A stretch of 64,000 nt of DNA from Octopus sinensis (lineage: Eukaryota). Of the stretch, positions 1-12,446 are shown piece by piece; the stretch's first letter is position 1, and every line of letters begins with the position of its first letter. The stretch covers positions 35,588,001 to 35,652,000 of the forward strand of contig NC_043006.1 of the NCBI RefSeq assembly GCF_006345805.1, written 5' to 3'. The position numbers and the translations under genes were made by a program. Below the pieces are notes generated by a model, which was not told the DNA's origin, ran no database searches, and saw only the letters and a program-made list of their open reading frames with translations.

Positions 1-106
1 AGTTGCTTTCGTTGCGAACGCTTCAAAACTTCGCTGTAGAATTCTCAATTGACGGTCTGTTGGGCGCTACATAAATATTCTGGGAACTTTTTGATACCAC
101 CTCGTA
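1..106. mobile_element. Terminus of a Tc1/mariner-type DNA transposon (rest is outside the window or decayed)
   Basis: 84-106 reads TACGAGGTGGTATCAAAAAGTTC on the minus strand: a TA target site plus a mariner-like TIR start. The partner TIR is not visible. Confidence 0.5.
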
Positions 107-489
107 CTTAGCGTTTTATATTCCAAGCATTTTCTTTCATATATGCAACATGAATGTGCCTCTTTCATTGATCATTGTTTGATGGTCTTCTCAGATTTGC
201 TATACGACACCAATGAATTGGTAGAGCCAATGCGCAAGTTTACTTTTGTTTGGGATACTCGTTACCTCCTGGCAATGCCTTGTTTCTATTTCTTGTTATG
301 AAGCAGAAAGGAGTTCGAAAACGCAGTCTTCAGAAACATGCTACATTCTCAACGGTTTTTGAACGTCTAGCGCACTAAGAGTGGCCACATTTTACGTATG
401 AATGTCCATAATATTTGTTTTCTTTATTTCAATTGCATTTTGAAATACTTACGGTTCCAAAACATTCCCACTTTACGAGATACAGGTCC

Positions 490-640
490 ATGACAGAGCT
501 AGTCATTTCGAAGCTGAGTGAACTGAGCTAACATGGAATGAAATGTTTTGCTCAAGAACACAACGCACTGACCGCTCCGGAAATCGAAACGACTGTCTTG
601 CAATCGTGAGTACGACACTTTGACCAAAAAACCACACGCT
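490..640 (-). mobile_element. Decayed tRNA-headed SINE 5' part (family C/E, V/CORE-like domain)
   Basis: Minus strand shows a B-box-like GTTTCGATTTCC followed by GTGTTCTTGAGCAAAACATTT, matching the heads at 5737 and 49079. Confidence 0.6.
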
Positions 641-1224
641 TTTATATTAAAAGCTTACCTGGCTCTAAAAAGAACTCATGAAAAACTGAATTAACGACGT
701 ACAGATCCGACCAGAAGAGCATATCTCACTTAACAATCACCGTGTGTTGACGAGGTCGAATTTGTAAAAGTTTTGGTTCACCACTCTTTGGCTGCCATTT
801 CTAGTAGATCAAGTGACTACGCAGAAGTTCCTTCCTCGGCTTGTGGTTTTGACATTGCTTGTATCAGGGAAGCTGATAATTATCGATGAAGGAAATAAAA
901 ATACCAACTTTTCAGCTGATTGATTGATACCCTAGTGACTTTCCCATCTGTCTACCGCTCTCAGAACTTAATTTTAATATCCAAACTTAATTAGAAAATC
1001 AATAATTTTTAATCAATATAGCTATTTCCTTGTTTTTAATATAATTATATTATTTAACATAATAATTATGGCAATCACTACGTTATTTAATTTGACTGAA
1101 GGTGGGAAATAGTTAAAAGAGTAAAATAGGTTGTTTGCAGCTTCGTCGTTTCCTTTGAAATTATGACTTCAAATCCCACCAGGGTTGACTCCGCCCTTCA
1201 TCCCCACGAAATTAACCTTTTACC

Positions 1225-1652
1225 TTTTACTGATTTCAATCATTGGACTACGGCCATGCTAGGGCATCGCCTTGACGGCTTTTAGTCGAACAGATCAACT
1301 TAAGTACTTATTTTTTAAGCCTGATGCTTATTCTATCGGTCGCTTTTGTTGAAACGCTTTGTATACGAAGAGGTACACAAACCAACACCGGTTGTCAAGC
1401 AGGAGCGTGGTGGTGGTGGTGGGGTAACAATCATAAACACACAAACACATACACACACACGCACACACACACACATATATATGTGACAGGCTTCTACACA
1501 GTTTCTGTCTACTAAATTCACTCACGACTCATTGGTCGACTTGTGGCTGTAGTAGGCATTTGTCCAACATGACGCATAATGGAACCGAACTTGAATCAAT
1601 ATGATTGCGAAGCGAGCTTCTGCTTTAGCCACACAACCAGTCATGTGCCTAT
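1225..1652 (-). mobile_element. SINE family A, full length (tRNA-like head + internal CA/TA microsatellite + ~180-bp 3' module)
   Basis: Reverse-complement similarity across both halves to the copies at 5297-5705 and 54200-54612. Confidence 0.8.
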
Positions 1653-2159
1653 AGTGATAGTTACTGAGAATAAAAGGCAGAAAACAAGATCTATTTTTCA
1701 TCTTTCCCAGACTGATAAAGAGTGATGTTGCTATGTGCAGCCCGAACATGTTAATGTATCGCTTAGCCAAGTGAGTTGTATGATGCCTCTCATTCCTTCT
1801 AGGGCTCCCAAGACGATCAGGAGAGAGAGAAGAAGGCAATCGCAAAACAGAGACATAATCTAAGTGACTAGCATGAGCGGATTGTGTTAAACCCAGTGAC
1901 CGATAAAGTCTTCTATCCACTTAGGTCATGGCAGGATTCGAAATCAGAACGCAAAAAGCCTGTTACTTTGCTGTCTTTAAGAAACACGCGACAACAGAGG
2001 GAATAAATGAGACCTGGTGGTTTAGAACAGGTTGGATGTTACACTCACCAAGTGAAGTATAGAGACAGATTTAGTAGTTTGGACATCCTCTCTAATATAT
2101 TTGCGATTCCGTGAGAATTGTAATAGAAATATTTCATTCCTGTACATTATAAAGATTGT

Positions 2160-2590
2160 GTTTGTGAGCTGGAAGTATCGTTAGCTGCTCGATAAAATAT
2201 TTCACTGCATTTATTGTCTCTTTATGGTCTGAGTTCAAATCACATCGAGGACAAATTTACCGTCTATCTCTTCAGAGTCGATTAAATAAAATAAAAATAA
2301 AGTACCATTGAAGTACTGGAGTGAATGTAATTGACTTGCTCTTTCCCTTAAATATCGCTGGCCTGGTGCCATAATCAGAAAGAATTATAAGGATTTTGGC
2401 GGTAAGCACGAAGATTCGTTAGCATGTTGGAGAAAATGTTTCGCTGCATATCTTCCAGCTCCTTATCTTCTGAGTTTGAATCCCACCGAAATCAGCTTTA
2501 CCATTCATCTCCTTCGGTGGGTGGCAAACTGAAATATCAGTGAAGTGCTGAAAAATCGATGTAATGAACTTGGCTTCTGACCTCAAATTT
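2160..2590 (+). mobile_element. Two decayed SINE family B copies
   Basis: Each contains TCTGAGTT(C/T)(A/G)AAT...CATC.C.TTC...AGTAC/AGTGC motifs matching the 61485-61700 copy. Confidence 0.6.
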
Positions 2591-3335
2591 ACTGACCTTG
2601 AATGCAACAACGGCCCGACAGTCTGTTCAATGGCAACGCTGAGATTTCCATCACTTATTCGCCTTGGAAACCGAGTAACTACCATTGTAAGCCCTTGGGT
2701 CCAAGAACAATTATTTAAAAAAAAAAACTATAAGGTTTGCATTATTCAGGTAGGATTAACTTATTAAAGCATTTCAATATTTAAAACCTACAGCATTTTG
2801 ATGTCGCTTTGTTTCGCTCCGACCAGAGATTTGCATTATGTGATCAGCTAGGTGCTTCTAAAATAACTGCAACGATCTGAACGACAGATCCCCGCGCGGA
2901 TATTGTCGATAATCGAAAAACCGTCATCAACAGCTCATTATGTGTTAAGCAAGTGACTCAAGCCACTGAACTTACCACGATATCGTTGGAAACAATTAAA
3001 GATTTAATGGATATGCTTTATGCTTTATGCTTTCTATAATCGATCCAAGTTATACATTCAATAGTTATTTATACAGAGGAAACTATAGCTTGCTGTTTAC
3101 TCGTCTATTACCTAGCAATACACCGACAACGTCCTGAGAGATATTATGTAAAGGTAATTGTGGGAAAAAAAGAGAGACAAAAAAAAGACTTCTATTTCGA
3201 AATATTTCGTTTCAATACAGCTTAATTTGTGCATGTGTAAGTACATGTGTGTGTGTGTGCGTGTGTGTGTGTCTCTGTATAGTATACATGTATGTATGTT
3301 TTAAATGAATGATCATTTCTCATATTGATGTATTA

Positions 3336-3391
<56 letters not shown>

Positions 3392-3429
3392 GATACACAC
3401 ACACACACATATATATATAAACATATATC

Positions 3430-3464
<35 letters not shown>

Positions 3465-4124
3465 TATATGCACATATGTATATATGTATATATATGTATA
3501 TATATACATACATATATATATACACACACAAATGCATGTATGTATATATGTATATATCTGCACATACATGAGTGTGTGTTTGAGTGTATTTGTGTGAGTT
3601 TATGTTTTTGTGTTCGTGTGTGTGTGTATGTGCATGTGTGTGTATACGTATGCATACATGTAAGTTTTAATGTATGCATAATTTTCATACAAACACTCAC
3701 GCGGGCACATATGAATCGTTTATCGCTGAACTTAGACGGTTAGAACAGGCTGGCAGTTATACGCGTGTTCCATTGTAAATATTTATTAGACAATATTTGT
3801 GGCTCCGTATACATTATCGCTACTGACATTTTGATGGCACGTTTATCATAAAAATTGTAACTATAACCAGATTAACGTTGTTAGTCTATCACGTTGCCAT
3901 TTAAAATTTTGTGCGCAGGAAAATATGGAACGAAATATTACAATGATTGTGTTTCTCTTTAGAGAAGCGATTCCCTAGGATATCTACAAGTGCATTAGCT
4001 CTGAATCTGTACATACGGATTGTAAAATAGTAACATGTATGCTTTGTTTTGTTTTATTTTCTGTTGAGACAATAGGTTCATACGTTCATATACATCTATT
4101 ATTAAATACATTTTTCATATTTTA

Positions 4125-4399
4125 ATGGTTTCAGCCCTTGCAGAGTAACATGCTGGAACACTGCCTCAGAGAATCGCAGTCGAAAAAATTAACCCTAGGG
4201 CTTATTTATTTTCTAATGTGTTGCTATTTATTCTATCATTCTCGTTTGCCGAACCGCTAATGTTACGGAGACGCGAACAATCCAACACCAAGTGTGAAGT
4301 AGTGGGGCTGGGTGATCAAAACGTATATACAGTCATATCTGTGTGTGTGAGTGTGAGTGTGTGTTTATGTGAGTGTGTGTGTGTGTGTGGTGTGTGTGT

Positions 4400-4435
<36 letters not shown>
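4125..4435 (-). mobile_element. SINE family A 3' module followed by (TG)n
   Basis: TTATTCTATC..GCCGAACCGCTAA.GTTACGG is shared with the other family A copies. Confidence 0.7.
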
Positions 4436-4437
<2 letters not shown>

Positions 4438-4659
4438 ATAATGATTAACTACAGAAATAGTATTAACAACAAAAGATGATGTTTATCCCCATTTAGAAGT
4501 GGATTATTGTTCCTGATACATAATACTGTGATAGTCGTCATGAGAGAATCTCTCATATGAACTTTCTGTGCATTGAAGGGCTCGTGTTCAAATCGCTAGC
4601 GGGAGATAATACTTCGACATCACCAAGTCCTTGTACTTACAGCAGAAAGGTTTATTACT

Positions 4660-4945
4660 TATATAATTTATGTTCGGAGCTCAAATTTCGCTGAGGTTGA
4701 CTTTGCCTGTCATCCTTTCAGTTAGGCACTCCCACAAAGTTTCAAGCCTTATAGCTTTAGTTTAAAAAGGAGTATTTTCTCCTGGACTTCCGTTCTGAGT
4801 TCAAATTTCCCCCCAAATCTACTTTATTTTTTCGACCCTGTCAGGATCAATAAAATAAAGTACAATTCACGCACAGGGGTTCATGTAATCGACTAACACC
4901 GTCTGCTAAATCTGAGGCTTTGTGCCTATAACAGATAGAATTATT
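4660..4945 (+). mobile_element. Two decayed SINE family B fragments
   Basis: GAGGTTGACTTTGCCTGTCATCCTTTC and CGTTCTGAGTTCAAATT..AAAGTAC motifs. Confidence 0.6.
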
Positions 4946-5296
4946 ACTACTGTTGTAAATCCTATTAAATCCACAATTTGCGCTCGTGATTTTGAAAGTC
5001 TACAAAGGAAAGAAAAGAAAAAGGGAAAAGTCACTATTCCTGATTATGTTTATCAATGAATAAACACAGGGAAGTTTTTTTTTGTTTTTTTTTTTCACGA
5101 AATCACGAATTTGAAACTCATCTCACATATTTCGTACATTGAGAGTTGAATCTCTGTCCTTCAGAAACTATTCTATGCTTTACGACAAGCTTTAGCCCAA
5201 TTATAATTGCTCGATTTTGATTGCAATTTTGATATCGTGTCTGATATGTATCACACAGCATTAGCGAAAGGTATTTGCGAATAAAGTGTTCCAATA

Positions 5297-5705
5297 GGTG
5301 CCGGAGTGGCTATGTGGTAAGTAGCTTGCTTACCAACCACGCAGTTCCGGGTTCAGTCCCACTGTGTGGTACCTTGGGCAAGTGTCTTCTACCATAGTCT
5401 CAGGCCGACCAAAGCCTTGTAAGTGGATTTAGTAGACAGAAACTGAAAGAAGCCTGTAGTTTATATATACATATATATATGTATATACGTATGTATGTGT
5501 GTGCATATGTTTATATGTATGTCTGTGTTTGTTCCCCCAACATCGCTTGACAACCGATGCTGGTGTGTTTACGTCACCGTAACTTTGCGGTTCGGCAAGA
5601 CAGACCGATAGAATAAGTGCTAGGCTTACAAAGAATAAATCCTGGGGTGGATTTGCTCGACGAAAGGCGGTGCTTCACCATGGCCGCAAAAGACTGAAGC
5701 AAGTA
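5297..5705 (+). mobile_element. SINE family A, full length
   Basis: A-box-like TGGCTATGTGG, B-box-like GGTTCAGTCC, CCTTGGGCAAGT (CORE-like), internal (TA/TG)n, and a conserved 3' module ending GACTGAAGCAAGTA. More than 10 related copies are in the window. Confidence 0.9.
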
Positions 5706-5736
5706 TATTAAGGTACCTGTTTATTATATCTTGATA

Positions 5737-6045
5737 AGCGCGTGGCGTAGTGGTTAGGGTATTTGGCAGACAATTGTTATGTCGTGAGATCGATTCCCAC
5801 TTGTGTGTTTTGTTCTTGAGCAAGACACTATGTTTCACGTAGCTCCCGTCCACCCATCTGACAAAAATGAGTTCTACATTGTTACATTCTGTCACGCTGA
5901 ATCTCCCTGAGAACCACGTAGACGAGATATGCGTGTCTGTGGAGTAAGTGCTCAGCCACTTACACGTTAAGTTCACGTGCGAGCAGGCTGTTGCGTTGGT
6001 CGGGTCAACAGAAATGCTCGGCGTTGTAACCGACGGAGTACCAGT
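5737..6045 (+). mobile_element. SINE family C
   Basis: tRNA-like head TGGCGTAGTGG..GATCGATTCC; the body is collinear with the reverse complement of 54834-55152. Confidence 0.8.
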
Positions 6046-6265
6046 TGATTTTGATTGGATGCAAGGCAGATTGCTTGTCACAACGGAAAATCCTAAAGAA
6101 GTGCCATTAAACATTTGGTTAAAGCACCAGCGAAAAACGATTGAAATCTACGAAAAAATGTATATTTTCTACAAATAATGATTTCTCCCTTACGAACACA
6201 ATGCTATGTATAGTTGTAGAAGCAGTTAACACACACAAACACACACACACGCACACACACACACG

Positions 6266-6333
<68 letters not shown>

Positions 6334-6749
6334 TATACACATGCATACATTTCGTCTACCGTGTACTTGTCTGTATGGATATGCAGTTGTATTCCTAGCA
6401 GTCTGTATATTATCTACAAATGTATTGATCTGTATCTCTCTCTCTCCTTCCTTCTCTCCCTCTGCCCCCCCCTCTCTCTCTGTCACACACACACACATAC
6501 ACACATACACACTTTTGCTCTTTTTCTTTCTCTCTCAATTTTTTTATCGACCTATTTTCCTGTTTTGCGTATATTCCATAATGAAAAAAGACAAAAAAAC
6601 AAAGGAAGAAACGAAATAATTTTTTAAAACGTTCATATTAGCAAACAGCAACAACATCCACACTGATTGTCCACTCTCCACTCCAACTCGACCTCACCCC
6701 ACACCACTCCACTCCACTCCCATCCTGAAATCCAACAAGACAATATTGG

Positions 6750-6875
6750 TCGATGTAAACCTGCAGTCGACACATAATCCTGTTTATTTAGCACGGTTTA
6801 TTAAGTTCTTACATTAACGCTTCAGCGATTAGAAAAGGGATTAAAGTACCGCGTGGATTAAGCTCGGATTAGAAG
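6750..6875. promoter_or_regulatory. Candidate enhancer: cluster of K50 homeodomain (TAATCC/GGATTA) sites
   Basis: Sites at 6775, 6838, 6855 and 6866, plus a forkhead-like TGTTTATTT at 6781, all in non-repetitive sequence. Motif evidence only. Confidence 0.35.
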
Positions 6876-7028
6876 ACGTTAGGGACTTTCTCTTAGTCAC
6901 TCGGAAGGCAAAACTATTGCTGCAAAAGCTGATACTACTACTGCTACAGCTGCTGCTAATGACGATGATGATGATGGTGATGATGATGAAGAGAATGATA
7001 TTATTATTGATATTATCATTATAAGTAA

Positions 7029-7071
<43 letters not shown>

Positions 7072-7086
7072 GTTATTAGTCGTTGC

Positions 7087-7123
<37 letters not shown>

Positions 7124-7124
7124 A

Positions 7125-7325
7125 AGGAGACGATCCGTCAGAACCGTTAGCAAGCCGGACATGTGATTTGCCTTTGCGTTCTATGTTCAAATTCGGCTGA
7201 GGCCGGCATTGGCTTTGATCATTTTGGGGTCAATAAAATAAGTACTATTTGAACATTGAGATCGATGTAATTGACTTATACCATTGATAAAATTGCTGCA
7301 CTTGGGCCAAAAGTTGAAATTATTT
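7125..7325 (+). mobile_element. Decayed SINE family B
   Basis: CAGAACCGTTAGCAAGCCGG..GTTCAAATTC..GGGGTCAATAAAATAAGTAC. Confidence 0.7.
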
Positions 7326-7599
7326 AAGGCGGCTTCCCGCCAACCAACCTCCCACACTGTCCCTTAAGATAGCTAAAGAATGTTTGCTAACTTAAGGGAC
7401 ACACAAGTGAAAATGTCAGATAGGTCAGTTATTCCTCTACAATTTTTTGTAAATTCTTAAATATGTCTCCTTCTGTGTATATACATATATATATATACTA
7501 CCAAACCAACATGCTTTTTATTGAACTCTACCTTTTGCAGTCCTGTTCTGATTACTTTCTTGTAAACTGTTTTTAATATTTTCTTATTATTATCAAAAA

Positions 7600-7647
<48 letters not shown>

Positions 7648-7674
7648 AGATTTGGAGATGATGTACATGTATTA

Positions 7675-7947
7675 TATATTAGAAGAAATGAGGTAATCAG
7701 AAGGTCGGATGGTTCATATTTATAGATATTTATTTATATATTACATTTTTTACATATATATATCATATCATTCAGATTATTAGCGCTTTCTCCCATTCTA
7801 GTGGGGTTTTCAAATCCCCACTAGAATGGGAGAAAGCGCTAATAATCTGAATGATATGATATATATATGTAAAAAATGTAATATATAAATAAATATCTAT
7901 AAATATGAACCATCCGATCTTCTGATTACCTCATTTCTTCTAATATA
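7675..7947. repeat. Near-perfect fold-back palindrome (132-bp arms, 9-nt loop), probable Penelope pLTR remnant in (TA)n
   Basis: 7675-7806 is the reverse complement of 7816-7947 with one mismatch. Each arm carries CCCCACTAGAATGGGA-GAAA-GCGC-TA, a hammerhead 3'-half-like motif. Confidence 0.95.
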
Positions 7948-8029
7948 CATATATATATATAATTGCACACGTAATCCACTCGTATTCGGATCTTATTTAT
8001 TATCGTCCGAGCTGTTTATTCTTTGGTTG

Positions 8030-8295
8030 CATCCCATATATTCGTTCTTCTCTATTTATGACTTTTTTATCCACTTACTTGGACCTTCTAGGTTCTTTTT
8101 ATGGTTATTATTTCGGTTGCTGTTACGTATATTACAAGTAACCTTATTATATATCTGCTTTAGCTTGGTTTCCAGGGCTATACGCTAATTTTTCTTTGTA
8201 TTCTGCTTCCTCCAAAACTTTGTTATACAAATTCTCGTTTTGCTTAAATATCACCTCATTAGACGACTACCTCGAAATGCTACTATAGACTGTGT
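8030..8295 (-). mobile_element. Decayed Penelope-like RT C-terminal (thumb) fragment
   Basis: Minus-strand translation SISR*SSNEVIFKQNENLYNKVLEEAEYKEKLAY parallels INKLSANENIF..YNNLALKKAGY at 9180-9260. Confidence 0.7.
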
Positions 8296-8784
8296 TATGT
8301 ACTTGGGGTGATTGCTATTTCAGTGAATATATGAATATATTTAAGGTTTTCTTTATATATGTGTGTGTGTGTGTGTGTGTATCTATATCTGCATATCTTT
8401 ATTTATTTCATTCCCTCTATGTCTTTCACCCCTCTCTGCCTTTCACTTTCTCTCGCTCAACCTCTCTCTTTCTCTTTTACCTTCTCTCTCACCCCCCCTC
8501 TCTCTCTCTCTCTTTATATATATATATTACGAAAAAGTAAGGCATTATCCCAAAACAATTACCGGTTTCCTCTCAGTTAGGTATTCAAATATGTTATTCA
8601 ACAGTTAACATGAATCCAATAAAGGTCTTATAAGATAAGAAATTAGATGAATATTCCGTTGGATAATTCTGAATATATTTCCTTAAGTATTTCCTGGAGT
8701 ATACATATTGACAATATTGAAAATAAGGATTACTCTGAAGTAGAATTAATATTACCCTTAATTTTATAATTATATGCCACCTTT

Positions 8785-8862
8785 TAAGACCAGCACTTGT
8801 TTCAATTGCACCGATTAGTAATCGTTGCAATATATAACGGTGCAGTCTATTCAGGGTTTTAA
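8785..8862 (-). ncRNA. Decayed hammerhead motif in the inverted pLTR
   Basis: Minus strand AAAACC-CTGAATA-GACTGCACCG..CGGTGCAATT-GAAAC. Homologous to 10567-10657 but with a core G changed to T. Confidence 0.6.
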
Positions 8863-10566
8863 CTTGATAGCATTCGTGATGGCTGTTTGATGATTTTCTT
8901 TTATAAACTCTGCGTTGTATAATGTAGAATTGTCCGTTAAGTCAGACGCGAACGTTTGCTATTTTAAGTTCTTATTGAATAATCATTTTCAGTCTATCGT
9001 TTCGAAACTGTTTATAGTTTAAATGATAATTATTCAGTTATACTTCGCAAATGTGAATTTCTTCATGTGCAAGCATCTCAAAGCATGCGCCTGTCTAGAA
9101 TTTATTACATTATAAATATTGGAAGTAATCATCTCAAATCAATAACGAATTCACTAATAAAGAACATTTCGTCTGGAATAAATAAATTATCAGCGAATGA
9201 GAATATTTTCCAACTTATTGAAGTCTACAACAACTTGGCACTTAAGAAAGCGGGATATGACGATGAAATTAAGTTTAATATGTCAAATATCGAATGAGAT
9301 TTAAATAATAATTTTAATATTGCTGTCATAAAATCTAGTACTATAAACAAATCTACCTATAATGAATGTAGTAATGGAGGTTTAAAATTAAATATTCAAG
9401 TTGATAAAATAACAAGAGCAGGTGATATTAATAGTGAAATAAACAAATGAGCAATTATATTTATAACAAAAGAGAAAATAATAAGATCATTGATAACCGG
9501 ATTAAAAATGTTCGTACTGCTAACGCAAATAAAGATGCAGTATTCTCAAAATAAAATCTCAAATTCTTATGATATAAAGTCGGCTAAAAGAGTTAAAGAT
9601 AAAAGTAAAAGTAAAATAAACTTCAAAATGGATCGAAATTAGAGAATACATACTCCTTCGAAAAACGGGTATTACCATCAAAATTATGATCTTAATAATA
9701 CTTCATCAATAATACTTTATGATCTTGAATAATACTTTTTGTTTAATCGTTCCATTTGTTAAACAGGTCAATTACATTTTTTTCAAATTGTTTAATTTAG
9801 CAATTCAATAATATTCTCCAAGAAACCACAAATATTGCAAGATTTTTAATCGACATAAGATTAGATCGGGTTATCGTCTTAGTCGTAACAAATTGTAACA
9901 GCATATAATGTTAAAATGTTACCGAAATTTCACAAACGTGATTACAATCAGAATAACATAATAAATTGAAAGCATAATAACGTCAAGCGGAATCTTTGCA
10001 ATTGTTCTAAACGGGAATCCTCTTATGTGCAAAATAAGTGTAAAACTAAAAATGTAGTATGTAGATGTTTAATTACATCAGAGAGAAAGGATTTCTTTTA
10101 CATCGATGGAACATTATTAATTTTCAAAAGGAGACTAGCAAATCATTTGAGTTCATATAAAGACAAACAATACAAGGGTCCAAACGGGTCATAGCAAATT
10201 AATCTGGACCATACGATTAAATGGGAGTTAATTTGTACTGCAAAACCATACAAACTTGGAGCCAATAGATGTAACATGTGTTTAGAAGAATTTTACAGGA
10301 ATTTCACACCCAACGGTAATGTAATACATTCTAGACCGGAGAAGACATTAAGATGCTTGCACATGAGGAAATTCTAATTTACGAAGTACAAATGAATGAA
10401 TATCATTTAAACTATACAATCTTTTGAAATGATGGACTGACGATGCTTAAGCAGTAAGGACTTGAAATAGATATTGTTCGCGTCTGATTTAACGGACAAC
10501 TCTACATTATACAACGCAGAGTTTATAAAAGAAAATCATTAGACGGCCATCCCGAGGTATAGCAAG

Positions 10567-10657
10567 TTAAAACCCTGAAGAGACTGCACCGCTTTATAGT
10601 AGGTTTGCAATTACAACGATATCTAATTGGGGCAATGGAAACATGTGTTGGTTTTAA
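10567..10657 (+). ncRNA. Type I hammerhead ribozyme motif (partly decayed) in the Penelope pLTR
   Basis: Helix I TTAAAACC(10567-74)/GGTTTTAA(10650-57) is a perfect 8 bp. Core CTGAAGA 10575-81; helix II GACTGCACC/GGGGCAATG (mismatched); GAAA 10638-41; short helix III with ATGT loop; triplet GTT. Confidence 0.75.
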
Positions 10658-10934
10658 AAGGTGATATGTAATTATAGAATTAAAGGTAATGCTGTTGCTA
10701 TTTCGTAGTAATCCTTATTTTTTACATTGGCTATATATATATATGTATGTGTATATATGTATGTGTATATATGTATGTGTGTGTGTTGGTGTATATGTGC
10801 GTGTGTTGGTGTATATGTGTGTGTGTGTGCGTATGTGAGTATGGGTGTGCGTATGTGTATGATTTGATGGATGAATGTGATAATTTTTCACATATTACCG
10901 AATCAATTTGGTACGCACCAAAGAGATGAGATAT

Positions 10935-10955
10935 GTGGTGGTAGTGGTGGTGGTG

Positions 10956-11001
<46 letters not shown>

Positions 11002-11058
11002 AAGAAGAAGAAGAGAAGAAGAAGAAGAAGAAGAAGAAGAAGAAGAAGAAGAAGAGAC

Positions 11059-11091
<33 letters not shown>

Positions 11092-11092
11092 C
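10935..11092. repeat. Compound microsatellite (GGT)n(AGT)n(AGA)n(GA)n
   Basis: Seen directly. Confidence 0.95.
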
Positions 11093-11229
11093 GGGGAAAG
11101 AAAAACGAAACTAGTGAAAGTAATAGTGTAACCTAAAAGTAACGGTAAAGTTAGGGTTGCGAAGAAGGACAAGAGGAATGTGTAGGGATGTAAGGAGAAG
11201 ATTATGAAATAGGAGTAAGCAGAAATGAA

Positions 11230-11660
11230 GTGCTCTGAGCGAAACTAAAATACGAGTGACGTCAGAGATAACCTCGATTTGAGAATATAATCTACGCCGC
11301 CATAATTTCGAAATGTTTGTAGATGTGTGTCTGTGTGAACGAGTGCGTACATGCGAGTCTCTATCTGTCTGTCGGCGTATTTAGACATGAACAGATATGA
11401 CTACGATGCATGAAAGAAAACGGTGACGTCATACTTAATCTTTACGTCTTCTTTGGCGCGTGGTTGGCAGAGCGTGAAAAATCAGTTTGCGAAAGATCAC
11501 TTTCGGATATTTTTCTTTTACATTCTTTGCAGTTTATACTTATAACCTATACTCGTATGTCATAAGTCATAAGTCATACTCGCGTTTGGCATCTACCAAT
11601 ATCCGTTTAGTCGATTGATTGTAGACAATAAATCTGTTGATTGGATCCTGACTTCGGTTC
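11230..11660. promoter_or_regulatory. Candidate promoter/enhancer: CpG-retaining unique segment with two full CRE sites
   Basis: TGACGTCA at 11257 and 11424, YY1-like GCCGCCAT ~11296, E2F-like TTTGGCGCG 11452, CCAAT ~11596 and ATTGG ~11640. Motif evidence only. Confidence 0.35.
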
Positions 11661-11853
11661 TTCTATATTTATCTAAACACAATCAAAAATATTCTATAGA
11701 GCCCCTCCTATTACACACACACACACACACACGCACACATACATGTATATATAAACATACATACACATACACACACACGCACACATACATGTATATATAA
11801 ACATGCATACACATATACATACATACACACATGAATACATATATAAAATATAT

Positions 11854-12446
11854 AAGGCGGCGAGCTGGTAGAATTGGTAGCACGCCGGGCGAAATGCTTA
11901 GCGGTAGTTCGTCTGTCGTTACGTTCTGAGTTCAAATTCCGCTGAGATCAACTTTGCCTTTCATCCTTTCAGGGTCGATTAAATAAGTACCAGTTGCGCA
12001 CTAGGATCGATATGATCGATTTAATCCGTTTGTCTGTCCTTATTTGTCCTCTCTGTGTTTAGCCCCTTGTGGTTAGTAAAGAAATAGGTATTTCGTCTGT
12101 CTTTACGTTCTGAATTCAAATTCCGCCGGGTCGACCTTGACTTTCATCCTTTTGGGGTCCATTAAATAAGTACCAGTTACACACTGGGGTCGATATAATC
12201 GACTTAATCCGTTTGTGCTTGTTTGTCCTCTCTGTGTTTAGCCCCTTGTGGTTAGTAAAGAAATAGGTATTTCGTCTGTCTTTACGTTCTGAATTCAAAT
12301 TCCGCCGAGTCGACTTTGACTTTCATCCTTTTGGGGTCGATTAAATAAGTACCAGTTACACACTGGAGTCAATGTAATCGACTTAATCCCTTTGTCTGTC
12401 CTTTTTCTGTTCCCTCTATGTTTAGCACCCAGTGGGCAATAAGGAG

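Larger units (their letters stand above)
8705..10733 (+). mobile_element. 5'-truncated Penelope-like retroelement (RT thumb + GIY-YIG endonuclease, pseudogenised) with an inverted copy of its 3' end
   Basis: 9095-9297 encodes GSNHLKSI..INKLSANENIF..LALKKAGY. 9995-10395 encodes LCNC..KCKTKNVVCRC..FYID..FKRRLANH..IKWELICTAKPYKLGANRCNMCLEE..LRCLHMRK with frameshifts. 8705-9082 is a diverged inverted copy of 10348-10733. Confidence 0.9.
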
